DNA of 64,000 nt from Candidatus Kapaibacterium sp. (GTDB lineage Bacteria > Bacteroidota > Ignavibacteria > Kapaibacteriales > UBA2268): assembly GCA_963664875.1 (NCBI GenBank), contig OY761611.1:3360001-3424000 (forward strand), written 5' to 3'. Below the pieces are notes generated by a model, which ran no database searches, was not told where the DNA came from, and saw only the letters and a program-made list of their open reading frames with translations. Shown piece after piece: positions 9,712 through 20,342 of the stretch (within the stretch, counting starts at the first letter, position 1; every line of letters starts with the position of its first letter). The translations under genes and the position numbers were made by a program.

Positions 9712-9908
9712 GGGGCTGTCTCAGAAGTCTGAGTTTTGTCATACTCTTTAGTAAAAGTAGAAGAAAAACAAACGCTATATTTTCTTCGACCGCAAGCTAA
9801 AGCATGCGGTTGCAATGAGTTACACTAGTGCAACCGACTGCTTCAGCTGTCGGTAAAACTTACAAACATCAAGAATATGTTGCAAATTTTGACTTCTGAG
9901 ACAGCCTC
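9712..9908. mobile_element. MITE-like element (TIR GAGGCTGTCTCAGAAGTC) with internal REP hairpins
   Basis: Ends GGGGCTGTCTCAGAAGTC and GACTTCTGAGACAGCCTC; near-identical copy at 60376..60572. Confidence 0.8.
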
Positions 9909-9974
9909 CAATAAAGAAGATATAAACTTTAGTAGATTTTAAAATGACTATTTTGAGGTTTATGATAGAATAAC

Positions 9975-10892
9975 CTACCCACAACACCCGCTCTGCTTAC
10001 ACTCACTATCCTCAGCTTCGGGTTCTAAGGTGGCGTGGGCTATTTTGTGATGAGCAAGCTCGTGCTTGATTTCATCACGGATTGTGTCCCAGTTGTCCAT
10101 ATTGCAGTCTTCTAATATGATGTGGGCTGTAAGTGCATTTTCGGTGGAGGAAAGTGCCCAGATATGAATATGGTGCGCATCTTTCACTCCTGCGACAGAA
10201 AGTATTTCTTCTTTTATTTCATGCGAATCTATATCTTTCGGGATAGCGTCTAACACAAGGCGGAGACTCTCTTTCAGTAGCCCCCAGGTCGAAATCAGTA
10301 TCACTGCTGCAATTGCAAGACTTATAATTGGGTCAATGATAAACCAGTCGGTGTAGTAAATCACAAGCCCGGAAATAACCACTCCAACCGACACAAGAGC
10401 ATCAACAAGCAAATGCAAAAACGCACCTTTTATGTTTATGTCCTGCTTTTGACCTTTGTAAAAGAGGAAGGCTGAAATAGTATTGATAAATACACCTATC
10501 CCGGCAACTATCACAATCGCCATACCTCCAAGCTCAGTAGGGGCAAGCAGCCTTTCGATAGACTCTTTGATAATGCCAACAACAACTACTATCAGCAATA
10601 TTGCATTGACTAATGAAGCAAAAAGTGATGCTTTTTTATATCCATAAGTAAAAGTTTTGCGGGCAACTGCACCTGCCAGCTTCATACCTATAAGAGATAT
10701 AAAAAGACTTGCCACGTCGCTCAGATTATGGCTCGCATCAGACAGCAAAGCAAGCGAACCGTAAACATAGCCCATAATATATTCTAAAATAGTAAAGCTC
10801 AGATTGAGAGCTATACCAATATAAAATGCTCTGTTTAGATTTTCAGGGCTAACTGCGTGATGCTCGTGCCCGTGATGTGAGTGATCGTGCAT
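9975..10892 (-). CDS. czcD: Cation diffusion facilitator (CzcD/ZitB-like) transporter
   Basis: His-rich N-terminus, SLALLSDASHNLSD, TYGYKK, GAFLHLLVDAL, HHIHIWAL. Confidence 0.92.
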   Translation of the reverse strand: MHDHSHHGHEHHAVSPENLNRAFYIGIALNLSFTILEYIMGYVYGSLALLSDASHNLSDVASLFISLIGMKLAGAVARKTFTYGYKKASLFASLVNAILLIVVVVGIIKESIERLLAPTELGGMAIVIVAGIGVFINTISAFLFYKGQKQDINIKGAFLHLLVDALVSVGVVISGLVIYYTDWFIIDPIISLAIAAVILISTWGLLKESLRLVLDAIPKDIDSHEIKEEILSVAGVKDAHHIHIWALSSTENALTAHIILEDCNMDNWDTIRDEIKHELAHHKIAHATLEPEAEDSECKQSGCCG

Positions 10893-10912
10893 AGTGCTGT
10901 CTGGTTTAGTTT

Positions 10913-11389
10913 TTATTTGGTGTTTTGCAATTCCTGCAATTTTTCAATAACGCTATCTACATGACCTTTGACTTTTACTTTGTCAAAAACATAAGCTATT
11001 TCACCTTCGGGGTTGATGATATATGTTGTCCTTGTTACTCCCAAAAATGTTTTTCCATATAGCTTTTTTTCGCCATATATGTTATATAGCTCACATATAT
11101 GTTTATCTGAATCTGCAATAAGAGTAAAGTTCAAATTTTTATTTTCTACAAATTTGTCATGCGATTTGACAGAATCAGGGCTCACTCCAAAAACGCTTAC
11201 ACCGAGGGAGGTGATTCGTTCCATATTGTCTCTAAAGTCGCAGGCTTCAGTGGTGCAACCGGGCGTATTGTCTTTTGGGTAAAAATAGAGCACAATCCAT
11301 TTGCCGAGTTGCTCATTCAAATCAAAATGCTTACCGCCGTTGGTTTCTGCTTGGAAACTAGGTGCTTTTATTCCGGTACTTAATGCCAT
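10913..11389 (-). CDS. bcp: Thioredoxin-dependent peroxiredoxin Bcp
   Basis: VLYFYPKDNTPGCTTEACDFRD. Confidence 0.95.
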   Translation of the reverse strand: MALSTGIKAPSFQAETNGGKHFDLNEQLGKWIVLYFYPKDNTPGCTTEACDFRDNMERITSLGVSVFGVSPDSVKSHDKFVENKNLNFTLIADSDKHICELYNIYGEKKLYGKTFLGVTRTTYIINPEGEIAYVFDKVKVKGHVDSVIEKLQELQNTK

Positions 11390-11470
11390 ATTTTATCCTC
11401 AACTAAATTATTAACCACAATATGCAGAAAACACGAAAATCTGCACCGCTTATTGGCAATTGGTAGTAGT

Positions 11471-13792
11471 CTATTTGAAATTCGTCAGATTGAGCACTAC
11501 ATACTCGCTGCCAATGCTAATGTAGAGAAAATACAGACCATCTGAGTACTGCGTCATATCAATTTCAGCACTTATTTCACAAAAACTGAAATCACCGCTT
11601 TTATTGATTATTATATTATCAGGTTCTACTTCAAAGAGTTTACGTCCGAGAGTGTTGTAAACAGAAAGCAAAACAGATTCGTCTTTCTCGGATATATACT
11701 CTAAATATGTAGTAATTTTCCCTTTGTTTTGAGAAAGATGCGAATGTGTAATTCGTGGATATTTCATTTTGACATTAGTAACTTTCACAGGAACTTCGCA
11801 CTTGGTATTTGCATCGAAACTATAAAAAAGCCTTTCGATAGCAACTTCTATTGAGTCATAGTCGCATCGGTCTCTTAGTATAAGTTTGTCTTTCAACTCT
11901 CCGTAGTCAGCGCAGTAAAAATTAACAGTCAACTCAGCAGTGCTGTTTGCAGCAATAACGAGTGGGAATTGAGATTTAGGAATAGAGAAGCAAGTATTAG
12001 TTTCCATAAATGCCTCTTCTAAAACAAATTCCTGATCTGAAGTGTTATTGACTTCAATAGTAAATGAAAGAGGCGAAAGCACTTCCATTTCCCCCAAATC
12101 AATGTTATTTGAGCCTTCCAACGGTATAATAGAAACTTGGTTCTCGATATATTCGTAACTAATAGCAATCGTATCAGAAACACTGCTGCAGCCAAGACTA
12201 TTTTCAGCAACGATATAGTACTCCTCACCGTTCTGAACTTCTAAAGTGGGGGAGTTGCTGATTAATCTCTTTTTGCGATTGTACCAATTGTAGGTCGTTG
12301 CATTTTCAATTTCTGCTTCCAGAATTACGGGTTCATTGCGGCAGGCATTTGACTTGTAGTCTTTAAATTTGACTTCAGGAAGCGGAATAAATTTATATGA
12401 AAAGTTAAACTCCTGCAAGCATCCACTTGTATCTTCAACAACTAAAGTTAAGTCAGTATCAGTGAAAATTTTTCGGGAGACTTCGGCAAAATTATCAGAC
12501 CAAGAGTAAGAAACGACATTAGTTAAATCAGGATTTAGTAAAATTGTATCTCCCACGCACTTAGCCTCAGACAAATCTGAAATATTGAGCTTGGCGGGAG
12601 TTTTCAGATTCAAAGTAATAGTATCAGATATGATAGTGTCGCACTCCATGTTGTAAACACTTAAGATATATGTTCCGGATTGTTTCACCTCTTTTTGCTT
12701 AAACCCCGGAAATCCGTTCCAATCATAGTATTCATAGTCACCTTCGGCTTCTAAAATAAGAGGAGTATTGTCACATAAAGTAGAATCAATTACTTTAATT
12801 TTTGCTTTGTGTTTTTTAGGTAGCTGATACTTATAGATTCCAAGCCCCACTACAAAACCTGTAGTGTCATCAATAAAGTAGATGTCGTCCATGTCGTCTT
12901 CCACCTTTAGTCCACAGTTATAAGACTCCCATGTAAAGCCTGCATCTTTAGTTTGAACAACAGTGTTGTTTCGTCCGCAAACCCAGCCTACACTATCTGA
13001 AATAACAAAAGAACCAAACATCGAAGCCTCTAAATAGGTATCCCTAAAAGTGAACCCACCGTCTAAACTGAAGCGAACTCCACCTTTACCGTTACCTCCA
13101 TGGCAGCCTGTCGAGTAAGGTAATATGAAAGTATTTCCTTTGAAAGATAGCTCTTCGTGCCAATCATTATTACCGGTCGAGTTACGAACAGACCAATTTT
13201 TGCCACCATCGTAGCTTATCCAAATATTACCACTACTAACAGCTAAACCAAGCCCTGTAGTGCTTGTAAGATAAAGATCTGTCATTCCTGTGTTGCTTTC
13301 GTTGTAAATTTGGTTAGTCCAAGTAACACCACCATCAGTGGTCAGATAAAAAATTTGCTGACTGTCCGAGCAGCCACCACCCGTAGCAACTCCATATACT
13401 TCATTGACAAAATAACACCCCCAGACGTACTCATCTAAGCATAATTTCCATGTTGCTCCGCCGTCTGTTGATTTATATAGACCGCTTGGCCCTGAGACAT
13501 AGCCGACATAAGGATTAAGAAAAATAATTGATTCAAAAAAACCGGCTTCGCCATGCTTGTTATAATCTATTTTGGACTCTATCCATGTCTGCCCGCGGTC
13601 AGTAGTTCTGAGAACTCTTGCATCTTTACCACAAATCCATCCATAGTCAGGATTAGCAGGCAGAAAGTAAATGTCTAAAAGAATTCGGCTTGAGTTGTTT
13701 TCTTTAAATATCTTGACCCATTGCGAGAATGATGTTTCGGGAGCAGCAAAGAGAATCAGAGCTACTAAAACGAAATATATTGATTTGAACAT
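11471..13792 (-). CDS. Secreted YCF48/BNR-repeat protein with Ig-like domains and a probable T9SS C-terminal domain
   Basis: Signal peptide; repeated T/SxDGGxTW Asp-boxes; C-terminal SVYNTLGRKL...DGLYFL. Confidence 0.75.
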   Translation of the reverse strand: MFKSIYFVLVALILFAAPETSFSQWVKIFKENNSSRILLDIYFLPANPDYGWICGKDARVLRTTDRGQTWIESKIDYNKHGEAGFFESIIFLNPYVGYVSGPSGLYKSTDGGATWKLCLDEYVWGCYFVNEVYGVATGGGCSDSQQIFYLTTDGGVTWTNQIYNESNTGMTDLYLTSTTGLGLAVSSGNIWISYDGGKNWSVRNSTGNNDWHEELSFKGNTFILPYSTGCHGGNGKGGVRFSLDGGFTFRDTYLEASMFGSFVISDSVGWVCGRNNTVVQTKDAGFTWESYNCGLKVEDDMDDIYFIDDTTGFVVGLGIYKYQLPKKHKAKIKVIDSTLCDNTPLILEAEGDYEYYDWNGFPGFKQKEVKQSGTYILSVYNMECDTIISDTITLNLKTPAKLNISDLSEAKCVGDTILLNPDLTNVVSYSWSDNFAEVSRKIFTDTDLTLVVEDTSGCLQEFNFSYKFIPLPEVKFKDYKSNACRNEPVILEAEIENATTYNWYNRKKRLISNSPTLEVQNGEEYYIVAENSLGCSSVSDTIAISYEYIENQVSIIPLEGSNNIDLGEMEVLSPLSFTIEVNNTSDQEFVLEEAFMETNTCFSIPKSQFPLVIAANSTAELTVNFYCADYGELKDKLILRDRCDYDSIEVAIERLFYSFDANTKCEVPVKVTNVKMKYPRITHSHLSQNKGKITTYLEYISEKDESVLLSVYNTLGRKLFEVEPDNIIINKSGDFSFCEISAEIDMTQYSDGLYFLYISIGSEYVVLNLTNFK

Positions 13793-13893
13793 TTTGTTAT
13801 TCCTATGGAATCATTTTTCTATAATGTAGCAAAAAAATATCTTTTTTTATAAGAATTATTTCATTAATATCCATCATTTTTTACAGACTACAA

Positions 13894-16815
13894 ATGAGTA
13901 TGTTTCTTTCTGCTTTTTTCGAAAATAAATCCATAAAAATGCGGTATCTATTGCTAATGCACATGATATTGGCATTTGTTTTCTTGTTTTTTGCCGGGCT
14001 TGAGGTAATAGTTGAGTATTCCGAATGGGAAGAAAAATTCGAAAAGCAAAATAATTTTTTAGCGAATCTTGTAGTAGAAAATAATGAGAACTATCTGTTT
14101 TTACATGATTCTAATCAAGCAAACCAATCTTTACGAATCTTTTCTGAGTATCCGGCTATAGGTGCAATATACATTTTTGACAAAAGCTCATTTTTGTTTG
14201 CAAAGCATTCTAAAATTGAAAATTTGTCTTCACCGGTTGCCTCTGTAGCAGATTTGATGGCTTTTGACCTGAGAAATTATACAATAATAGAGAAAAAAAT
14301 ATATTATAAAACTGAATTGCTTGGCAAAATGTATATGCTTGTGAGCAATGAAACTTATAATGAAGAACTTTATTCAAATATTTTCAGAGAGATTGGGATT
14401 TTTATTTTGTTTCTGTCTATGAGCTTTGTGCTTGCTATTCTGACCTCCAATTATTTATTGCAGCCAATAGAATTGCTTATAGATGCAAGCTTTAAAGCAT
14501 TGAAAGAGAAAGATTACTCGCCAAGGATTAATATCAAAATAGATGAAGACATAGGTATATTATACAACTACTTCAATGAGTTACTTGCAGAATTTGAGCT
14601 ACAGGCTCTTGATTATGAAAAGAACAAAGATGTTTTAAAAGAGTCTATAGAAAATTATAAAGCAATATTCGAAAATGCCGCAAACCCTATTGTCATATAT
14701 GACTATGAGGGCACAATTCTCTTAGTTAACAGGCAATTTGAAAAACTTTCGGGATATACCAAAAACGAACTGGAAAGCTCATGGTCTTGCTTTAATTTCT
14801 TTCTGGGAGAAAGCCGCGAAAAATTTACTCAAGATCACTACGATATGCTTGCCGGTAATCCGTTCTCGGGTGTTCATCACCTGACTCTTAGTACTATAAA
14901 TGCAGAGGAGAGAAAACTCTTTGTTTCTGTCAATCATTTGCCGTCGAGCAACCGTGTTATTGCGTCAATGATTGATTTTACAGATTATAGCATCGCAAGG
15001 AAAGAGTTGCGTGAGAGCCGCGAAAAGTTTGAAGTAATCATGAATACTATCAGTGAGCTGATTTTTACCCTGACCGAAGACGGAGTCATTACATTCTGTT
15101 CTCCTTCGTGGGAAAGTGTTCTTGGCTATTCGCCTGAGGATATGCTCGGGACATATTTGATTGATCTGATACATGAAAATGACAGAGTAACCTTTAAAAA
15201 ACAGCTTGAACAACTTATAATAGCAGGCGAACACACCGGGCTTTATGAATACAGAATCGCTACATCTTCCGGCAGATGGATATGGATGAGTACCGGTTTG
15301 GGTATAACTGCTGACAATCATGGCAATATCCTTACTATCACAGGTACTTCTCAAGATATTACAAAAAGAAAAGCCGCAGAGTTCGAATTGCAAAAAGCAA
15401 AATTTGAAGCGGAATCTGCCAATCGATACAAATCTGAATTCATAGCTAATATGAGCCATGAAATACGTACTCCTTTGAATGCAATATTGGGATTTGCAGA
15501 GTTGATGCTTGATAAAAGCAATGACGCTAATTCAAGGCATAAACTCGAATCTATCATCGCAGGTGGAAATACTTTGCTGGCAATGATTAACGATATTCTT
15601 GATCTATCGAAAATTGAGGCGGGGAAGGTAGAGCTTAAACTTGAAGTAATGAGTATGAGTTACTTACTCAATGATATCAAGCGACTTTTTGAGCCGCAGT
15701 TGAAAAACAAAGGTGTGGAGTTTGTTCTTTCTATTTCGGATGAAATACCTAAGTATATCAAAACCGACGAAGTAAAATTGAAACAAATCCTAATGAATCT
15801 TGTAAGCAATGCCGTAAAATTTACAGATGCAGGAAGAATCAAAATTGACGCAGACATTGTATCTCAGGCAAATTCAAAAACTCTGATAATCAAAGTTAGC
15901 GATACAGGTTTTGGTATTGAAAAGAAAAATCATGAAAAGATATTCCAGGCTTTCCAACAAATTAAAAATGACAGACAAATTCCCGGAACCGGTCTTGGCT
16001 TAGCAATCAGCAAAAGACTTCTTGATATCCTCGGCGGTAGAATCTCTTTCGATAGCGAATCAGGAAAGGGGACTACTTTTGAGATTATTTTGCCAAATAT
16101 TGAAGAAGTTGATTATGTTAAACCAAAGACAGAAACAGTTCAGCAGATGTATGTTTTCGAAAAGGCAGATGTTTTGATAGTCGATGATGTAAAGGAAAAC
16201 AGAGAGGTAATGAAAGAATATCTCGAATCTTTGGGACTTACTGTTTTCGATGCAGAAAGCAAAAATCAAGTATTTAAAGTCTTAGAAAAACGAGATATTA
16301 GATTAATACTAATGGATATCAGAATGCCTGAGATTAGTGGATATGATCTGGCAAATCTCATCAAAGAAGATTCAAAATATAAACATATTAAGATAATTGC
16401 CTTCACGGCTTCTGTCAATTTTGATGAATTTTATATAGCAGCTACTCCTTTTGATGGTGTCTTAGAAAAACCTGTCAATAAACAAGCAATTTACAAAATG
16501 CTTTCCCGAAATTTGGATTACTCAGGAAATACTTCTCAAAAAGAGCATCAGGTTGTAAACCAAGATATTACATTGCTTAACTATAGTGCTCTGATTCCGT
16601 TTAAAGAAACTTTAATTTCTTTTTTATCTAAAGCAGAAGATTCTAATTTCATTGATGATTTTGATATGCTTGGAAAAAAAATACGGGAAATTGCAGATGA
16701 CAATGATAACCATGATTTAAAAAATATAGCCGAAGAAATAAAAATAATTGTCGATAACTTTGATGTGGAAAGCATTCCTAGGGTGCTTACTTTGATAAAA
16801 ATTGCTTATACGTGA
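13894..16815 (+). CDS. Hybrid sensor histidine kinase/response regulator (HAMP, 2x PAS, HisKA, HATPase, REC)
   Basis: FIANMSHEIRTPLNAI H-box, NLVSNAVKFT, DTGFGI, GTGLGLAI; receiver motifs LIVDD and LMDIRMP. Confidence 0.93.
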   Translation: MSMFLSAFFENKSIKMRYLLLMHMILAFVFLFFAGLEVIVEYSEWEEKFEKQNNFLANLVVENNENYLFLHDSNQANQSLRIFSEYPAIGAIYIFDKSSFLFAKHSKIENLSSPVASVADLMAFDLRNYTIIEKKIYYKTELLGKMYMLVSNETYNEELYSNIFREIGIFILFLSMSFVLAILTSNYLLQPIELLIDASFKALKEKDYSPRINIKIDEDIGILYNYFNELLAEFELQALDYEKNKDVLKESIENYKAIFENAANPIVIYDYEGTILLVNRQFEKLSGYTKNELESSWSCFNFFLGESREKFTQDHYDMLAGNPFSGVHHLTLSTINAEERKLFVSVNHLPSSNRVIASMIDFTDYSIARKELRESREKFEVIMNTISELIFTLTEDGVITFCSPSWESVLGYSPEDMLGTYLIDLIHENDRVTFKKQLEQLIIAGEHTGLYEYRIATSSGRWIWMSTGLGITADNHGNILTITGTSQDITKRKAAEFELQKAKFEAESANRYKSEFIANMSHEIRTPLNAILGFAELMLDKSNDANSRHKLESIIAGGNTLLAMINDILDLSKIEAGKVELKLEVMSMSYLLNDIKRLFEPQLKNKGVEFVLSISDEIPKYIKTDEVKLKQILMNLVSNAVKFTDAGRIKIDADIVSQANSKTLIIKVSDTGFGIEKKNHEKIFQAFQQIKNDRQIPGTGLGLAISKRLLDILGGRISFDSESGKGTTFEIILPNIEEVDYVKPKTETVQQMYVFEKADVLIVDDVKENREVMKEYLESLGLTVFDAESKNQVFKVLEKRDIRLILMDIRMPEISGYDLANLIKEDSKYKHIKIIAFTASVNFDEFYIAATPFDGVLEKPVNKQAIYKMLSRNLDYSGNTSQKEHQVVNQDITLLNYSALIPFKETLISFLSKAEDSNFIDDFDMLGKKIREIADDNDNHDLKNIAEEIKIIVDNFDVESIPRVLTLIKIAYT

Positions 16816-16926
16816 TGCGTCATTGTCTTGTAAGTTCTATAATATAAAAGAGATAGTGTTGCTTTGAAACATGGCATAAATATTGATTCATCTCTACATA
16901 ATTGTAGAAATTAGGGAGACGATGAT

Positions 16927-17568
16927 ATGTTAAGAATGCTTGCTTATTTTTCTTTATTTGCATTTCTGGCAATAAATACTTATTTTTTAGTAGTAGCTTC
17001 GGACGATATAAATAAAGAGAATGTTTCAAATAGACTTTCATCTTTAGAAAAATCTTACGACGATTGCCTTTACGAATGTTTTTTTGCATTGGACGAATTG
17101 CGACCTTTTGCAATAATTCAGTCAGATAAACTTATACAAATGTATAACAATTCGTGGACTGAACCCAATAAGTTGGCTGAAGTGCTGAGCAGCAACGAAA
17201 AAAGATTATTATTGGCTAAAGTTGCTGAGTTTATCGACGAAAAAGAGGAAATCTCTCAGTCCTTACTCATGAATAAAATAACTAACTGGTGCAGAGTAAG
17301 CAAGTTATTTGAAGTGATAAATACTGACTACGGATATTCACAGTCCGAAATAGTCAGGGTAACTTCCGAGATGGAAGCTACAAGCTATATCTTGCCTAAT
17401 GTAACCCGTCATGTGGCTCAGGCAGATATCAGTAATGAAGCTCTATCCGATATCGAAGAAAACGAAATATACTATAAGACTATCAATCATATAGCGGGAT
17501 TAAAGATAAACACTCAGTTTGAACTTTATTCCGGATTATTTAAAAATTTAGCGAAACAGAGCGAGTAA
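16927..17568 (+). CDS. Hypothetical secreted or membrane-anchored protein
   Basis: 213-aa ORF with AGGGAG RBS, hydrophobic N-terminus and a downstream terminator. Confidence 0.7.
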   Translation: MLRMLAYFSLFAFLAINTYFLVVASDDINKENVSNRLSSLEKSYDDCLYECFFALDELRPFAIIQSDKLIQMYNNSWTEPNKLAEVLSSNEKRLLLAKVAEFIDEKEEISQSLLMNKITNWCRVSKLFEVINTDYGYSQSEIVRVTSEMEATSYILPNVTRHVAQADISNEALSDIEENEIYYKTINHIAGLKINTQFELYSGLFKNLAKQSE

Positions 17569-17591
17569 AAAGAAATTCATTTCTTTTTCCG

Positions 17592-17627
17592 GAGCGGGCT
17601 TATAGCGAGAGCTCGCTCTTTTTTTTT
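17592..17627 (+). terminator. Intrinsic terminator
   Basis: GAGCGGGCT...AGCTCGCTC hairpin followed by a T-run. Confidence 0.75.
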
Positions 17628-17843
17628 GCCTTTACCGTACAAGACCTAAATTATTCTCCACTTTTCATTCCCAAAATCCACTATTCTTCCTGTTACTTAT
17701 GATAATTCTGATATAAAAAAAAGCATAGAAAATTTCCTATTTGATTTTTTTAATACTAAAATATTTCAATGGTTTATACTACTAAGGGCTGTAAATTTGT
17801 ATCAATTAGATATAGTATGTGAAACAAAAACAATAGTGTTATC

Positions 17844-19037
17844 ATGATTTTTAAAATTACCGACAAGGTTTCCTGGATTGGCAAGATAGACTGGCAGCTT
17901 AGAAAATTTCACGGCGATCAGCTTACGACAAGGCTTGGCTCTTCATACAATGCATACCTTATCAAAGACGAAAAAAACGTAGTTATCGACTCTGTTTACA
18001 AACCTTTTGCTACTGAGTGGATTGACGAACTCAAAAAAGAAATTGATTTAGACAAAATCGATTACATTATTGCAAATCATGGCGAACCCGACCACAGTGG
18101 CGGCTTGCCGGCTCTATTGGAAATTATTCCGAATGTACCTGTGATTTGTACTGCAAATGGTGCTAAAACTCTAAAGGGGCACTACCATAAAGACTGGAAT
18201 TTTCAGGTAGTAAAATCAGGGGACACTCTTAATATTGGCTCTTCGACTCTTACATTCATCGAAGCTCCTATGTTGCACTGGCCGGATACCATGATGACAT
18301 ATATGGATGGCGACGATATTCTGTTTTCTAACGACATATTCGGACAGCATATAGCTTCTGAAAAAATGTGGGCGGACGCTATAGATACTAAAGATTTGTA
18401 CGATGAAGCTATGATCTACTATGCAAATATTGTGGCTCCTTTTTCAAACAAATGCCTCAAAAAAGTGCAGGAATTTAAGGCAATGAATTTGCCTGTGAAA
18501 TATATTTGCCCTGCTCATGGTGTAATGTGGCGCGACAATCCTTCCCAAATCGTAGATACTTACGAAAAATGGGCGGATTCGTATCAGGAAAATCAGATTA
18601 CTTTGATATACGACTCTATGTATGGAAACACTCGTCGCATGGCTGAGTACATCGCCGAAGGCGTGAGAGCTGCAGACAGCGAAGTTTCCATTAAGCTATT
18701 CAATACCTCATCGACTCCATCGAGCGATATTATTACAGAGGTATTCCGTTCTAAAGGCATATTGATTGGTTCTTCTACTGTCAATAATGGTATTTTGAAC
18801 AGCGTTGCCGGAGTTGTCGAAGAAATAAAAGGCATGAAGTTTTCCGGTAAGAAAGGTGCTGCTTTTGGCTCTTACGGCTGGGCACCGGGCTCTGTAAAAA
18901 TAATAACTCAGATGCTTGAAGAAGGCGGTATAGAGATTATAGGCAAGGGATTGAAAGTGCAGTGGAACCCTGACGAAGACGCAAGAAAGCAGTGCTTCGA
19001 GATGGGCAAAGAGTTCGCAGAAGCCTTTACTGCATAA
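17844..19037 (+). CDS. fprA: Flavodiiron protein FprA (A-type flavoprotein)
   Basis: HGEPDH metallo-beta-lactamase motif, MLHWPD, PAHG; flavodoxin motifs YDSMYGNT and FGSYGW. Confidence 0.94.
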   Translation: MIFKITDKVSWIGKIDWQLRKFHGDQLTTRLGSSYNAYLIKDEKNVVIDSVYKPFATEWIDELKKEIDLDKIDYIIANHGEPDHSGGLPALLEIIPNVPVICTANGAKTLKGHYHKDWNFQVVKSGDTLNIGSSTLTFIEAPMLHWPDTMMTYMDGDDILFSNDIFGQHIASEKMWADAIDTKDLYDEAMIYYANIVAPFSNKCLKKVQEFKAMNLPVKYICPAHGVMWRDNPSQIVDTYEKWADSYQENQITLIYDSMYGNTRRMAEYIAEGVRAADSEVSIKLFNTSSTPSSDIITEVFRSKGILIGSSTVNNGILNSVAGVVEEIKGMKFSGKKGAAFGSYGWAPGSVKIITQMLEEGGIEIIGKGLKVQWNPDEDARKQCFEMGKEFAEAFTA

Positions 19038-19079
19038 GCCCGGATAAATAAATACAATACTCTAAAGTAGTCATAAATT

Positions 19080-19129
19080 AGGCTGCCAGATAAGTAAAAT
19101 ATCGTACTTATTTGGCAGCCTTTTTTTTT
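19080..19129 (+). terminator. Intrinsic terminator
   Basis: AGGCTGCCAGATAAGTA...TACTTATTTGGCAGCCT followed by a T-run. Confidence 0.8.
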
Positions 19130-19240
19130 ATTTACAAAAATTCGATATTTTTGATTAGAAAATGTAAAGAGAAGGAATATAAAGAACTATTTTCCTTTAA
19201 CTCCAAATATGTAAGTTATTATTAAGTATGAGACTGATAG

Positions 19241-19414
19241 CTGGAAGCCTCGCATAAAAGTTCTTTCAAAAAATGACTACTACCCGTTTGGCATGATGAT
19301 ACCTGAAAATTACTATCAGGATAGCACTACTAAAACTCGTTTCAAGGTCACTGAGCGTAGTCGAAGTGTAATGGTATGGAACGCGATGATGAAATAGCAG
19401 GATTGGGGAATAGC
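19241..19414 (+). repeat. RHS-core remnant repeat, copy 1 (REP inserted at 19346..19368)
   Basis: Translates WKPRIKVLSKNDYYPFGMMIPE...TRF then NGMERDDEIAG; repeated at 20816 and 22704. Confidence 0.85.
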
Positions 19415-20317
19415 TTAAACTTTGGTGCAAGGCAGTATGATAGTCGGATTGCGAGGTGGTTTAGCCAAGATCCGATGAAGTTTAAATTTGCAAGTCTAAC
19501 TTCTTATCAAGCTCTTGGAAATAATCCAATTTTGTATGTAGATCCAACAGGGATGGAGCATTATGTAAATAATTTAGGCGAAATATTGGATGATAGGGAA
19601 GTAAATGATGCTGATGATCCATCTGTCTTTATGGTTGAAGGGGTAGGTGATAAAGAGACTGTGACTAAGTTAGGTGAAGTCGGTGCTACTATAGAAGTAT
19701 CAAAAATATTGACTAATCTTATGACCATAAATGCTGAAACTGCAAGAGAAAAAGTAGATGGAAATTACTGGACATTTTTCAATCTTGTAAGAACAGGTGC
19801 TCCATGGGATTATAAAAATAGAGATGATACGGTATTTGGATTTGGATATGATTCAGATGCAGAAAAGCTAACGGATACACGTTTTAGTTTTAGTCTTATT
19901 TTTGAAGAGAAAGATTTTGTTGAAAATGACTTAACTGCAGCAGATATTGGTAATTTTCACGCTGGCTTTGTAGGTAATCAAGCTGGTTTTAGTGATATAG
20001 ATTTATTTATAGGAGCTGGGCTGGCAGAGAGTTATAAAGATGCTAAAAAATTCGAACTTAAGTTTGCACAAGTGTACCAACTAATATTAGATGAAGCTCC
20101 TTATGGAGACGAGCAAAGGGATTATGAATTCAATCGAGACGGCATTTCAGATAGTCGTCATTGGTCGAAGCAAAATGGAATAAATATTCGAGAACAAACT
20201 TCTTGGGTAAAGATTATATGGGATGCTGGGAAGATACAAACAACTTCAATTGGTATTTTGCCCCCACATGTTGTATTTCAGATGTCATATTTTTATAACA
20301 CACTACTTGGGGATTAA
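19376..20317 (+). CDS. Orphan RHS C-terminal toxin, Ntox44-like
   Basis: RHS core end GARQYDSRIARWFSQDP...NNPILYVDPTG; toxin motifs VRTGAPWDYK, DIGNFHAGFVG, GAG and PYGDEQRD. Confidence 0.8.
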   Translation: MERDDEIAGLGNSLNFGARQYDSRIARWFSQDPMKFKFASLTSYQALGNNPILYVDPTGMEHYVNNLGEILDDREVNDADDPSVFMVEGVGDKETVTKLGEVGATIEVSKILTNLMTINAETAREKVDGNYWTFFNLVRTGAPWDYKNRDDTVFGFGYDSDAEKLTDTRFSFSLIFEEKDFVENDLTAADIGNFHAGFVGNQAGFSDIDLFIGAGLAESYKDAKKFELKFAQVYQLILDEAPYGDEQRDYEFNRDGISDSRHWSKQNGINIREQTSWVKIIWDAGKIQTTSIGILPPHVVFQMSYFYNTLLGD

Positions 20318-20342
20318 TATTTTATTATATGGAATCCTAATT

